Shown here piece by piece: positions 1 through 11,163 of a stretch of DNA of 64,000 nt. Source of the stretch: Vicinamibacteria bacterium (GTDB lineage: Bacteria; Acidobacteriota; Vicinamibacteria; Marinacidobacterales; Marinacidobacteraceae); NCBI GenBank assembly GCA_963668695.2, contig CAXXLQ010000004.1, positions 3,520,001 to 3,584,000 on the forward strand, written 5' to 3'. Within the stretch, counting starts at the first letter, position 1; the number at the start of each line of letters is the position of its first letter. Under the pieces are notes generated by a model that worked only from the letters and a program-made list of their open reading frames with translations, was not told the DNA's origin and did not search any database. The position numbers and the translations under genes were made by a program.

Positions 1-879
1 GAGAAACCTCAGACTCGCGCCGGCTATACCCTCAGGCAAACGCTGACGTGCGAACGCGCCCTCGTGACGCTACTCCGCGGACTGGGTCCGTGGAGGGATT
101 CCATCTACCTGGTCGGCGGTCTCGCCGCTCGGTACTTGACACCCGCAGGACCGTCGCATGCGGGGACGCTCGATGTCGATGTCGTTGTTGACGTCCAACT
201 ACTGGTGGGAATCGACGCATACCGGTCATTCGAGGACAACCTTCGAAGGTCGGGGTTTGCACCCGTCGGGAAGGACGGGAACCCCGCGCCGTCTTCCTGG
301 CGGTGGCAATACCGAAAGGAAGGCGGCGACACTATCGTGCTGGGACTGCTGACCGACGACCCCGAGAAGACTGGCGGCCAGGTTCAGGTCATACCAGGCG
401 AGGGCGCCATCCAAGTTCTAAACATCCCACGCTCATCCATAGTCTTCGATCACTACCAAGTTCGCGAGATTAGGGCTGAACTTCTCGATGGCAACGGCAT
501 CGTCAGCGAGAGAGTGCGACACACTGACTTGTTGGGATTCACCTGTCTCAAGGCATTGGCCGTCGATCAGCGATTCGAACGGAAGGACGCCTATGACCTG
601 ATCTACTGCATTGAGCATGCGAACGGAGGGCTGAACGCGCTGTCCGAGCCGATTCGGAAGGCTCGTGAGGGCAAGCACGGCACGGCAGTCGAGGCAGCGC
701 TACAAATCCTCCGCAAACACTTTGTGTCAGACGGAGAGACCGAGGGATATAAGAAGGATGGTCCGGTGGCCGTCTCCAAGTTCGAAAGAGGCGAAGGAGT
801 CGACCAGCATGAAGCTCGAATCCGGCGTCAGCGCGGAGTGGCCGATCTGGTCGAAGACCTTCTAGCCAAAGTCGGTTAA
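1..879 (+). CDS. Nucleotidyltransferase-fold protein (AbiEii-like, type IV TA-associated), 5'-partial
   Basis: Frame is open from base 1 (EKPQTRAGY...CERALVTLLRGLGPW). LVGG...T.DVD nucleotidyltransferase motif and KDAYD motif. Codon usage less GC-rich than neighbours. Confidence 0.65.
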   Translation, partial: EKPQTRAGYTLRQTLTCERALVTLLRGLGPWRDSIYLVGGLAARYLTPAGPSHAGTLDVDVVVDVQLLVGIDAYRSFEDNLRRSGFAPVGKDGNPAPSSWRWQYRKEGGDTIVLGLLTDDPEKTGGQVQVIPGEGAIQVLNIPRSSIVFDHYQVREIRAELLDGNGIVSERVRHTDLLGFTCLKALAVDQRFERKDAYDLIYCIEHANGGLNALSEPIRKAREGKHGTAVEAALQILRKHFVSDGETEGYKKDGPVAVSKFERGEGVDQHEARIRRQRGVADLVEDLLAKVG

Positions 880-973
880 TCCGCCTTCGACCCACCTCAG
901 TTTGGCGGGTTCCGGGTAGCCCGTACGCGGGTTGAGGGGCCGGCTTGCGCCGGCCCCTCGGGTGCGCGTCCCC

Positions 974-1477
974 TCAGTTGACGCTGACCTCGATCTGGCG
1001 CGGCTGCGCCGTCTCGAGCTTCGGCAGGACGACCCGCAAGACCCCGTCCTTGGTCTCCGCCCGGATGTTGGAGCTGTCCACGATCTCCGGCAGGTCGAAG
1101 GAGCGGTGGAATCTGCCGACCACCCGCTCGCGGCGGAGCCAGGCCCCCGCGCCGTTCGCGTCACCGGCCTCGGGGCCGGTGCCGGTCTCGCGGACTTCCT
1201 CCCGCTTGCCCTCGAGGATCAGCCGGCCGTCGTGATAGCGAACCGAGATGTCCTCACGGGCGATGCCGGGAAGCTCTGCCTCGACCACGACCTCCGTATC
1301 GGATTCGCGGACGTCGACCGGCGGACTCCAGAGCGTCGCCCCGTTCGTTCTTCCGCTGGCAGGCTCCCCAAACCGGGCCTCGCCAAACTGGGCCTGGGCA
1401 AACCGAGCCGGAAGATCGGAGAACGGATCGGCGAAGAGACGCTGAAACGAAGGGTTGAAGAGGGTCAGATGGGTCAT
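974..1477 (-). CDS. Hsp20/alpha-crystallin small heat shock protein
   Basis: PPVDVRE, AELPG, RER..G.F.RSF.LP, A...DGVL.V.LPK motifs. Confidence 0.95.
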   Translation of the reverse strand: MTHLTLFNPSFQRLFADPFSDLPARFAQAQFGEARFGEPASGRTNGATLWSPPVDVRESDTEVVVEAELPGIAREDISVRYHDGRLILEGKREEVRETGTGPEAGDANGAGAWLRRERVVGRFHRSFDLPEIVDSSNIRAETKDGVLRVVLPKLETAQPRQIEVSVN

Positions 1478-1564
1478 GCTGTTTTTTCCAGTATTTGTCT
1501 GGCTGGGAGCCGGATCAGGCCGCTCCCTACGCCCGCCAGACGAGTTTTCTCGGCTGACGGGAGG

Positions 1565-1593
1565 AATATAGCGAATTGTGAAGAAAATATCAA
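1565..1593 (-). promoter_or_regulatory. Putative sigma70 promoter of hsp20
   Basis: Minus strand reads TTGATA-N17-TATATT in an AT-rich patch. Confidence 0.6.
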
Positions 1594-1611
1594 GTGGTCA
1601 ATATGCGATTA

Positions 1612-2789
<1,178 letters not shown>

Positions 2790-2837
2790 GCAGAACTGAC
2801 CGGGAGACCGGGACGAGCCATTGGCCCACGACACCAG

Positions 2838-3729
2838 TCAATGGAACGCCGGTATCGCAATCGCGACCATACCGGCCGCAAAAACGATGATCCCATTGCG
2901 GATGGCGGCAAAGCTCACTGCAAGTGCGTTGGTCATGATCAGGGCGATTCGCTGATTCTGCTCTAGCAGCCTGTGGATAAAGTGGCGTGAGTGCCGAGGC
3001 TGGCCAGTTCTCCCGGTGGGGGCGAGGCGCCCGGCTGACAAGGCGCGCGAGGGAGGAATACCGGGTGTATTTCGACCGAAGCGCAACGATGAGGGCCGCG
3101 AAGCGGCACGTTTCAGCCGGGATGCATCGCCCGCCGAACGCCGCGTGACTTTGTCCACAGGCTGCTAGGTAGAAGAGTCTTGTCGCGCGCAGTCCGACAT
3201 CGTCAAGATGCAGATGATCCGGGGGCGCCGGCGCCCAGACCTTGCGAACATCGAGGACTTCGAAGGCGAAGAAGCCGCCTGAGATGAAATAGATCCACCC
3301 AAGGAGAATTGCGGCATATCCGATTTGGCCCGACAATGCCGACGCTGGCCTCGCGACATGAGACGCCGGTTCCGAAAGGAGGCCAAACAGCGCGGTGGCG
3401 ATGGCCGCGGCCAGCGAAATCGCCACCAAATTCGTCCGCGCCTTGGCTTCTATGGAGTTCCTACGCTCCCGCTCTCGATCCTCGAACTGCTCCAGAACCG
3501 GATCCGTGAGGCGCGAAGCAAGCTCGTGCCGGGTGGCAACAAGGGCGTGCATGTCGTCGTCACGAACCTGCGTTTCCTCCCTGATTTCCCGCCGTAGCGA
3601 GTAGTGGAGGAGGATGGCTTGGGCCGTTACGGTGTGGAAGGTCCGGGCAAACCAGCGCCCGAGGCTTCGAAGCCGTTTCGCGATTCCTCCTCGCTCAGCC
3701 AAGCCGCGATTGCATGCGCAACATCCCAT
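2838..3729 (-). pseudogene. Multi-TM membrane protein interrupted by MITE-like element
   Basis: Removing 2967-3164 plus one CTAG restores an in-frame ...RLFYL-EQNQRIAL... with several hydrophobic helices. Start position uncertain. Confidence 0.75.
2967..3164 (+). mobile_element. MITE-like element copy 1
   Basis: TIRs CAGCCTGTGGATAAAGT / ACTTTGTCCACAGGCTG, flanked by CTAG on both sides. Confidence 0.9.
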
Positions 3730-4394
3730 CCGAGGGACTCAGCGAGCCACGCCCACTCGCCCACCGGATTAACTTCCAGATAGACGTAGTCCTCACCAAC
3801 CTGCGCCAGATCAATTGCCGCGAAGGATAGGTGGAGGCGTCGCGCCAAGCCGACGCATTGTTCTCTGACCTCGTCTGGGAGAGCGTGCTCGGTGTAAACG
3901 ACGTGATCGTGCAGAATTCTCCAGTCGCCGTCGATCGGACCATCCCGATCCGTGATTGCGGCCGCCCACACACGATCTCCGACGATCGTCACTCTCACAT
4001 CCGTCTTCGGGCGAATCTGCTCTTGGACGATGGTCGGCAGTTGGGACAAATCCGAGGTTTGTAGTGCTCCGGCGTCAAGTAGTTGAGTGAAGCAGAAGTA
4101 CTGATGGTCCTCTTGGCGCCAAAGAACGGTGTCAAGGCCCTTTAGAGCAAATCCTGCTCCTTCGGGCAGATACCGAAGCGCCGCTCGGGCCGAGTTGGTT
4201 ACTACTGTGGACGGAATCCGAAAACCGATGTCCACCGCGGTGCGGAGTTGCACCATCTTGTTTTCGGCGAGGAAGTCCGTCCGGGAATGGCACCCGGTTC
4301 TCTCTTCGTCCGGCCAGACGGCGAGCCGCCCGACCGAAAACCTGAAGCCGCGTGTGGGGCCGGGCACCATACCACCGGGCCCGGCGAAGGGGAA
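3627..4394 (-). pseudogene. ATP-grasp ligase (MvdC/MvdD/RimK-like), N-terminally truncated/degraded
   Basis: AENK..QL..A...GF.IP.T.VTN, QEQI.PK.DVRVT.VG, DWR, LEVNP.GEW.WL. The 5' end runs into the MITE dimer. Confidence 0.8.
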
Positions 4395-4739
4395 CAGCCC
4401 GTGGTGGAACCCACGTGAGCGCCGAGGCCGGGAAGGCGCCCGGCTGACAAGGCGCGTGAGGGAGGAGCCCCCACCGGGAGAACTGGCCCGGGTGTATGCC
4501 GACCGAAACGCAACGATGAGCGGCGCGCAGCGACGCGGTGAACAGCCGGTGGTGGAACCCACGTGAGCACCGAGGCCGGGAAGGCGCCCGGCTGACAAGG
4601 CGCGTGAGGGAGGAGCCCCCACCGGGAGAACTGGCCCGGGTGTATGCCGACCGAAACGCAACGATGAGCGGCGCGACGCGACGCGGTTCAGCCGGGATGG
4701 ATCGCCGGCCGAACGCCGCGTGGGTTTCATCACCGGCTG
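4395..4739 (+). mobile_element. MITE-like element, partial + full tandem dimer
   Basis: Partial copy 4395-4542 followed by full copy 4543-4739 with CAGCCGGTGG...TCACCGGCTG ends. Confidence 0.9.
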
Positions 4740-4757
4740 TTACGGTTTTGCCCCGCC

Positions 4758-5948
4758 GTGCTTCTGAAAGCCCGAAAGCTGACCCTTCGAGACCTCGACC
4801 TGCGCGGCCGCCGGCTCCTGCTGCGCGCCGATCTGAACGTACCTCTCGGAGACGGACGAGTGGCCGACGACAGTCGCCTCCGGGCCGCCCTCCCCGCCAT
4901 CCGCACGGCTCGCGAGCAGGGCGCCGCGGTGGTCGTCACCTCTCATCTGGGCCGGCCCCGCGGCGAGCCCGATCTCGCGCTCAGCCTGCGGCCGGTCGCG
5001 GAGCGGCTTCAGGAACTCCTCGGCGAGACCGTCCGCTTTCGGCCCGGCGTGGTCGGCCGTGAGGACGGCGAGACGCCGAGGCTCCGTGCCGGCGACGTCG
5101 TCGTTCTCGAGAACCTGCGCTTTCATCCGGGCGAAACCGGAAACTCCCCCGAGTTCGCCGCTCGCCTCGCGGCTTACGGAGACGAGTACGTGAACGACGC
5201 CTTCGGCGCCGCCCACCGGGCCCACGCTTCGGTAGAGGCCTGCGCGCGGCGCTTTCCACGAGCGGCAGCCGGCCCCCTGATGGAAGCCGAACTCGCAGCG
5301 CTCGGCATGGCGCTCGCAAATCCCCCCCGCCCCTTCGTGGCCATCCTCGGCGGCGCCAAGGTCTCCGGCAAACTCCCGGCCATCCGGTCGCTGCTCAGCC
5401 GCGCCGATCGTCTCCTGATCGGCGGAGCGATGGCATACACCTTCGCCGCGGCTCAGGGGCTGCCGACCGGCCGGTCGCTCGTCGAACCAAACCGGATCGC
5501 GGAGGCCGCGGCGCTGCTCGACGCCCACGCTGACCGGCTGGTGCTCCCCGTGGACCACTGCACCGCACCCTCTACGGACGGAAATTCCATCCGGGAACTT
5601 CCGATCGGCGAGATTTCGGCCAACTGGATGGGGCTCGACATCGGCCCGGCGTCGCGCGCCGCTTTCGCTTCCCACATCCGCGAGGCGGCAACGATCGTCT
5701 GGAACGGACCGCTGGGGCTCTTCGAGAACCCGCGCTTCGCCGAAGGCACGACCGCCGTGGCGCTCGCGGTGGCCGAGGCGACCGATCGGGGAGCGACGAG
5801 CGTCGTCGGCGGCGGGGACCTGCTCGCCGCGGTGCGGCGCGCCGGGGTGTCCGGCCGCATCAGCCACCTCTCTACCGGCGGCGGGGCGTCCCTCGCCTTC
5901 CTCGCGGGAAGACCGCTCCCGGGGGTGGAGGCCCTCGCCGATGCCTGA
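4758..5948 (+). CDS. pgk: Phosphoglycerate kinase
   Basis: RADLNVPL, SHLGRP, LENLRF, NDAFG.AHRAHAS, GGAKV, WNGP.G, STGGGASL. Confidence 0.98.
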   Translation: MLLKARKLTLRDLDLRGRRLLLRADLNVPLGDGRVADDSRLRAALPAIRTAREQGAAVVVTSHLGRPRGEPDLALSLRPVAERLQELLGETVRFRPGVVGREDGETPRLRAGDVVVLENLRFHPGETGNSPEFAARLAAYGDEYVNDAFGAAHRAHASVEACARRFPRAAAGPLMEAELAALGMALANPPRPFVAILGGAKVSGKLPAIRSLLSRADRLLIGGAMAYTFAAAQGLPTGRSLVEPNRIAEAAALLDAHADRLVLPVDHCTAPSTDGNSIRELPIGEISANWMGLDIGPASRAAFASHIREAATIVWNGPLGLFENPRFAEGTTAVALAVAEATDRGATSVVGGGDLLAAVRRAGVSGRISHLSTGGGASLAFLAGRPLPGVEALADA

Positions 5949-6723
5949 TCAAACTCCGACCCGCCGCCCCCTCGTCATCGGGAATTGGAAGATGCACCTG
6001 AGCGGCGCCGCCGGGGCCGCCCTCGCCAGCGAAATCGCCGCCGGGCTCCCGTCCGGCCTCGATCCGAAACGGGCGGAGGTCGCGGTTGCGCCGCCGTTCA
6101 TCGCTCTCGCCCCGGTGGCCGAAGCGATCCGGGGCAGCGCCGTGGGACTCGCCGCCCAGGACGTCTTCTACGAGCGGGAGGGCGCTTTCACGGGGGCGGT
6201 GTCGGCTCCCATGCTCGCGGCCGCCGGATGCTCCATCGTGCTGGTCGGTCACTCGGAGCGGCGTCACGTCTTCGGGGACAACGACGCGGACGTCCGCAGA
6301 AAGACGCTCGCGGTACTCGAAGCGGGGATGCGCCCCGTAGTCTGCGTCGGGGAGACTGCAGAACAAAAGGATGCCGGACAGGCCGAAAACGTGGTCCGGG
6401 GGCAACTCCAGGCGGCAATCGCCGGCCTGTCGGACACCCAACTCACTTCGCTCGCCGTCGCCTATGAGCCGGTCTGGGCCATTGGAACGGGTCGGACCGC
6501 CACCCCGGAAACCGCGGAAGCGATGCACCGGGCCATCCGCACCGGATTGGAGGCTATCGCGGGGCCTCGGGCCGCCGGAGGGGCGCCGCTACTTTACGGA
6601 GGGTCGGTGAAGGGCGATAATGCCAGCGCCATCCTGGCCGGGGCCAACGTGGATGGCCTGCTGGTGGGCGGAGCCAGCCTCCGCGCCGACTCGTTCCTGA
6701 ACATCTGCCACGCCGCCGGCTGA
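5941..6723 (+). CDS. tpiA: Triosephosphate isomerase
   Basis: GNWKM, GHSERR, AYEPVWAIGTG, YGGSV, LVGGASL. Confidence 0.98.
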   Translation: MPDQTPTRRPLVIGNWKMHLSGAAGAALASEIAAGLPSGLDPKRAEVAVAPPFIALAPVAEAIRGSAVGLAAQDVFYEREGAFTGAVSAPMLAAAGCSIVLVGHSERRHVFGDNDADVRRKTLAVLEAGMRPVVCVGETAEQKDAGQAENVVRGQLQAAIAGLSDTQLTSLAVAYEPVWAIGTGRTATPETAEAMHRAIRTGLEAIAGPRAAGGAPLLYGGSVKGDNASAILAGANVDGLLVGGASLRADSFLNICHAAG

Positions 6724-6796
6724 GCGGCGAACCAGGCGTCAGGCCGCCGCGCCGTATCGGAACGAGAGCCGCCCCTGAACCGGAATATCAACGCCA

Positions 6797-7153
6797 ATGA
6801 CCATCCTGCTCACCATCATCCACATCCTCGTCTGTTTGTTCCTCGTCCTCGTCGTGCTCACCCAGCAGGGCAAAGGTCAGGATCTCGCGAGCGCCTTCGG
6901 CGGCGCCGGCAGCCAGGCGGCGTTCGGGGCTCGGGGCACCGCCTCCCTCCTGACCAAAGTGACCGCGTTTGTCGCGGGCCTCTTCATGGTCACTTCGCTA
7001 CTGCTCGGGTATGTACAGGGTGATCCGGAATCCGAGAGCGTGGTGAACGCGCCGGGAGTCATGATTCCGGTTCCGGCAGCCGCGATTCCCGCAGCGACGG
7101 AGGAGGCGGAACCCGCCGGCTCCGAAGCGGGTGAAGAACCCGAGAATCCGTAG
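6797..7153 (+). CDS. secG: Preprotein translocase subunit SecG
   Basis: Two TM segments, Q.GKG.DL.SAFGG.GSQ..FG, canonical tpiA-secG-tRNA-Leu context. Confidence 0.95.
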   Translation: MTILLTIIHILVCLFLVLVVLTQQGKGQDLASAFGGAGSQAAFGARGTASLLTKVTAFVAGLFMVTSLLLGYVQGDPESESVVNAPGVMIPVPAAAIPAATEEAEPAGSEAGEEPENP

Positions 7154-7222
7154 GCGCCCGAATCCGGCGAAGAAGGCGGCGGGCGCGGTCTCGGGGCACC
7201 CTCGGGCTTCTGATTCCGTCCC

Positions 7223-7250
7223 GGCGGGGCTTCGGCCCCGCCCCTATAAT
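7223..7250 (+). promoter_or_regulatory. GC hairpin after secG immediately followed by TATAAT (-10 of the tRNA gene?)
   Basis: GGCGGGGC-TTCG-GCCCCGCC hairpin then TATAAT at 7245-7250. No clear -35. Confidence 0.4.
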
Positions 7251-7291
7251 TCCGCGTCCGGCAGTCGAAAGTTCTGCCGGTCCTCACCGCT

Positions 7292-7377
7292 GCCGAAGTG
7301 GTGGAATGGTAGACACGTGCGCTTGAGGGGCGTATGGGAGTGATCCCGTGGGGGTTCGAGTCCCCCCTTCGGCACCA
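7292..7377 (+). tRNA. tRNA-Leu(GAG)
   Basis: GCCGAAG/CTTCGGC acceptor stem, TGGTAGAC D-loop, anticodon loop TT-GAG-GG, long variable arm, GGTTCGAGTCC, encoded CCA. Confidence 0.97.
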
Positions 7378-7379
7378 GG

Positions 7380-8165
7380 TCGGGCGGCCCAGAAACGGGG
7401 TGCGCAATGAACGCGCGGATGGTGGAACAGCAACGAGGTTTGTAGACGCACCCCGTTTCTGGGCCGCTCGGCGCTGCGCGCCGAAAATCGGAAGTGCGGC
7501 GAGAGCCGCACGGAGACCCCGGAGCAGGAGGGGTTGGGGTCGGGGAACCCGACTCCCAGTCGCTCCTGGCTCGGGAATCGGAACTTCCTCGCGCGCCTGG
7601 GGCGCGCTACGGCAAGTTCCGATTCCTGGTTTCTTTTTGTGAAAGGGGGGCGAGCCCCCCTTCCACACTTTCCCCCCGGTCACGCGGGCAGCGAACAAAG
7701 TTCGCTGCCATTGGTTTTCTCGTTCGGCGATAGCCAACCCGCTGGAAGGACGGCAGGCTAGGGAACGCCGGACCCTTCGGTGCCTCTCACACCGGAGGGC
7801 CCAGAAAACGAAGTCCGAAGGGTATAGACCTCCGGTCGGCACAGCGGCGCGCAGCGCCGCGGGCGGTTCATCGCTGATCCCTACAGAGCGCGCGGGAACG
7901 CCAGCCAGTTCTTCCGGGGTATCTCCCTGTCACGCTTTCCCCCCAGTCAGGCGGGCAGCGAACCAGAGGTTCGCCGCCATTGTTTTTCTGGCGCGCTCAG
8001 CTAAGCCCCACGCTCTCACGGCACGCAGGCTAGGGAACGCCGACCTCCAGGTCGGCACAGCGGCGCACAGCGCCGCGGGCGGTTCATCGCTGATCCCCAC
8101 AGAGGGCGCCGTAGGCACGGGAACGCCGGCCAGTCCTCCCGGTGGAGGCCTTCAGACCGGTACCG
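7380..8165. repeat. Cluster of REP-like hairpins and degenerate duplications
   Basis: IR GCGGCCCAGAAACGGGGTGCG/CGCACCCCGTTTCTGGGCCGC. Segments ~7667-7770 and ~7935-8040 are related, as are ~7827-7910 and ~8042-8135. Contains GGGAACGCCG units. Confidence 0.75.
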
Positions 8166-8227
8166 CCTCTCGGAGACGGGCGAAACCGCAGAATTCAACT
8201 CACCCGGATCGCCGCCCGGCGAGACAC

Positions 8228-9433
8228 CTACAACAACAGCGACAGGAAGGTCCGGGCGGGAACGATCAGCGGCCGTCCCGGACGGGCGAAGGGATCCCGA
8301 TCCACGTACTCGGGGTCAAACTCAACCTGGAAAGCAAACGGGGCGGCGATCTGATCCTGAAAATGTTGCAGTGACGGGCTGAGCGGGGCCTCCCCCGACT
8401 CCACCTCCACGAGGAACCAGGGTTCCCCGTCCCGGACGACCACGAAGTCCACTTCGCGCTTCTCCTTGTCCCGCAGATAGCCGAGCTCGAAATCCCCGAG
8501 GCCCAGATCGGTCCAACCCTCGATGGCCTTCAGCAGGTGGCAGGCGACAAGAGTCTCGGCCCGCGCGCCCGGATCGCCCAGGGACGACCAATCACGCAGA
8601 TACCACTTCGGTTCCTTCCTGAGCGACCGAGTGACATTCCGGTACCAAGGCCTGACCAGGAAACCGAGATGCAGGTCGCAAAACGTTGCGGTCCAGCGCC
8701 GCACGGTGTCCTCCGAGACCCGAATCTGCCGGGCGAGGTTTCCGAAGACGAGCTGCTGTCCGGATCGGTCTGCCAGTAGCCGCGCCATCAACTCAAGCTG
8801 ATCGAGCTGCTGAACTCGGGTGAGGTCCCGAACCTCTTCTCGAACGAGCTGGCGGTGGCGGAGCGCCTGCCAGCGCCGGGCAAAGCGTGGATCGCGCTTC
8901 AGGAAAGGCTCCGGGTAACCGCCGTAGCGCCAGAGGGAACTCCAGGCGGACGCTTGGAGACGCCGGGGCCGTCGGACGATCCGGCCGGCTTCGGGAAGTT
9001 TCTGGGTCAGCGCCTCGGCGACGGAGAACGGATGCATTCGGTAGAAGAAATACCGGCCCATAAGGCTGTCGCCGCCCCGGCGGTAGATATCGAGGCGGCT
9101 GCTTTCCGTGACCACGATCCGCACTTCATCGCCGTACGCATCGAAGAGTCCCTTCAGGAACTGCCGCCAGAGCGGGAATTTGTGGAGTTCGTCCAGCAGG
9201 ACGGTCGGCCGGGCGGCGCGCAGCCGACCCAGACCGAGCCGCTCGGCGAGCGCGCCGGGACCGGCCAGGATGAGTTCCCGGTCATCGAGGTTGTCCCAGT
9301 TGACGTAGGCGTCCGAATGAACGCGGCCGGTGGTCGTCTTTCCCACCTGGCGCGGACCGCCGAGGAAAGCCATCTGCCGGTTGCTCTTCAGGTGCTCCGC
9401 GAGCAGGGCGTCGTAGATTCGAGGGACCGGCAC
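8228..9433 (-). CDS. AAA_14 ATPase with DUF4143 domain
   Basis: GPRQVGKTT Walker A, LDELHK Walker B, GDSLMGR, GGYPE, YLRDKEKREVDF. Confidence 0.9.
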   Translation of the reverse strand: MPVPRIYDALLAEHLKSNRQMAFLGGPRQVGKTTTGRVHSDAYVNWDNLDDRELILAGPGALAERLGLGRLRAARPTVLLDELHKFPLWRQFLKGLFDAYGDEVRIVVTESSRLDIYRRGGDSLMGRYFFYRMHPFSVAEALTQKLPEAGRIVRRPRRLQASAWSSLWRYGGYPEPFLKRDPRFARRWQALRHRQLVREEVRDLTRVQQLDQLELMARLLADRSGQQLVFGNLARQIRVSEDTVRRWTATFCDLHLGFLVRPWYRNVTRSLRKEPKWYLRDWSSLGDPGARAETLVACHLLKAIEGWTDLGLGDFELGYLRDKEKREVDFVVVRDGEPWFLVEVESGEAPLSPSLQHFQDQIAAPFAFQVEFDPEYVDRDPFARPGRPLIVPARTFLSLLL

Positions 9434-9441
9434 GGCTGACC

Positions 9442-9484
9442 ATTATCGTTAGTATCGTGGAATAGTCAAGACTATTCCACGATA
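9442..9484 (-). promoter_or_regulatory. Promoter with perfect 15-bp inverted-repeat operator
   Basis: TATCGTGGAATAGTC-AA-GACTATTCCACGATA (9453-9484) overlaps TTGACT(-35). GATAAT(-10) follows 16 nt later. Confidence 0.7.
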
Positions 9485-9525
9485 TACCGCGGTTTGGTCA
9501 GACTGCCGGACGACCCCGGCGGCGC

Positions 9526-10176
9526 TCAGGAACCGAGCACCGCCCGGAGCAGATGGTGCGGCGTGCCGTCCGCGTCCTCGACTCGCTCGAGCGTCAACTC
9601 GCCGAACCCGAGCGCCGTGAGCCATTCCCGGACCTCCGGATTCCCGGCGTCAACCGGCGCCACCTCATGCGCCTCCCGGTGGAATCGCGTGTGCTGGTGG
9701 TCCTCCGGAAAGTCCTCGTCCACGAGCACCAGCCGGCCTCCCGTACCGAGCACCCGGCGCACCTCGCCGAGCCCCCGCCGCGGATCCTCCCAATGGTGGA
9801 AAGCGTTGATGGAGAAGACCAGCGTGGCCCACCCGTCCAGGACCGGCAGCCGCTCCGCGGCGGCGCGCCGCACCCGCACGGAGCGGCCCAACCAGAGCGT
9901 GCGCACCGCCGTCGCGACGCAGGCGGGCCAGGCCGGATCGAGCGCGATCACGCGCACGTCCGGCGCGCTCGCGGCGGCGAGTGCCGCCGCTTCGCCGGGA
10001 CCGCAGCCGATCTCCACCAAACGGTCACCGGCGCGGATCCCGGCGCGTTCGACGACCATCCGGTTCCGCGGCTCGCTGTAGTGCCGGATGGCGTACCCGA
10101 TCGCAGCCGTCGTCCGGAAGCGCTTCCACCACGGTTGTTTGCCCCCGTCATGGTGGTGGCCCCGGTGGTGCGGCAC
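9526..10176 (-). CDS. Class I SAM-dependent methyltransferase
   Basis: EIGCGPG, AE.LP, FHHW.D...GL.EV.RVL..GG. Confidence 0.85.
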   Translation of the reverse strand: MPHHRGHHHDGGKQPWWKRFRTTAAIGYAIRHYSEPRNRMVVERAGIRAGDRLVEIGCGPGEAAALAAASAPDVRVIALDPAWPACVATAVRTLWLGRSVRVRRAAAERLPVLDGWATLVFSINAFHHWEDPRRGLGEVRRVLGTGGRLVLVDEDFPEDHQHTRFHREAHEVAPVDAGNPEVREWLTALGFGELTLERVEDADGTPHHLLRAVLGS

Positions 10177-10241
10177 GGCTTGGAAACGGTACCAGCGGGC
10201 GACCCGTGAGCGGCCCCGAGGGCTCGGGTATCTTTGCCCCC

Positions 10242-11153
10242 ATGACCCAGTCCCGCTCCTCCGCCACCGGGCTCGTCTACCGCGAGTCCTTCCTCCGCCA
10301 CAACATCCGCCGCGGCCACCCCGAATCGCCGACCCGGCTGGTGAAGATCCGCGAGGCGCTCACCGCCGCCGGACTCCTTCCGGTGCTGGTTCCGGTCGAG
10401 AACTGGCCGGATCCCCTGCCCTCGATCATGGGCCACCACACCCCGGAACACGTGGACCGCATCCGGCGCATCCCGACCACCGGCGAGATCGCCGAACTCG
10501 CCGTCGCCGGAGCGCTCGCCGCAGTGCGGGAAGTTTCCGCGGGACGGCTCAAGAACGCCTTCTGCGCGATCCGGCCGCCGGGACACCACGCGAACAACAC
10601 CGGCGCGGAGGAGGGCTTTTGTTTCTTCTCGAACGCCGCGGTCGCCGCCCGCTACACACAGAATGAGTGCGGACACCGGAAGGTGCTGATCGTGGACTGG
10701 GACTATCACCACGGCAACGCCACCCAGAACGCCTTCTACGAGGATCCTTCCGTCCTCTTCTTCTCGACGCACAACTGGTACGACTACCCGGGCACCGGAG
10801 ACCCCGCCCTCGGCGGCGCGCACAACGGCAGCGGGACGAACCTGAACGTCCACCTCGGGCCGGGCTCCACCGATCGGGACATGCTGGCCGCCTGGGACCG
10901 GACACTTCTTCCCGCGGTCGAGCAGTTCCAGCCCGACTTCGTGATCATCTCCGCCGGATTCGACAGCCGGAAAGAAGATCTGCTCGGCTCCTTCGAGGTC
11001 ACGGACGACGCGTTTGCCCGGATGACGCGCACCCTCATGGACGTCGCCGACCACTATTGCGGCGGCCGGCTCGTCTCCCTGCTCGAGGGCGGCTACAACG
11101 TGGACGGACAGGCCCGCGCCGCCGCCGCCCACGTGGCCACCCTCACCGACTGA
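10242..11153 (+). CDS. Histone deacetylase family protein
   Basis: HPESP.R, RPPGHHA, GFCFF.N, DWD.HHGN.TQ, SAGFD, LEGGY. Confidence 0.95.
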   Translation: MTQSRSSATGLVYRESFLRHNIRRGHPESPTRLVKIREALTAAGLLPVLVPVENWPDPLPSIMGHHTPEHVDRIRRIPTTGEIAELAVAGALAAVREVSAGRLKNAFCAIRPPGHHANNTGAEEGFCFFSNAAVAARYTQNECGHRKVLIVDWDYHHGNATQNAFYEDPSVLFFSTHNWYDYPGTGDPALGGAHNGSGTNLNVHLGPGSTDRDMLAAWDRTLLPAVEQFQPDFVIISAGFDSRKEDLLGSFEVTDDAFARMTRTLMDVADHYCGGRLVSLLEGGYNVDGQARAAAAHVATLTD

Positions 11154-11163
11154 GAACTCCGCC

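Noticed and set aside
7292-9500. Integrative element at tRNA-Leu
   Set aside because: No integrase and no duplicated tRNA 3' end seen in the window.
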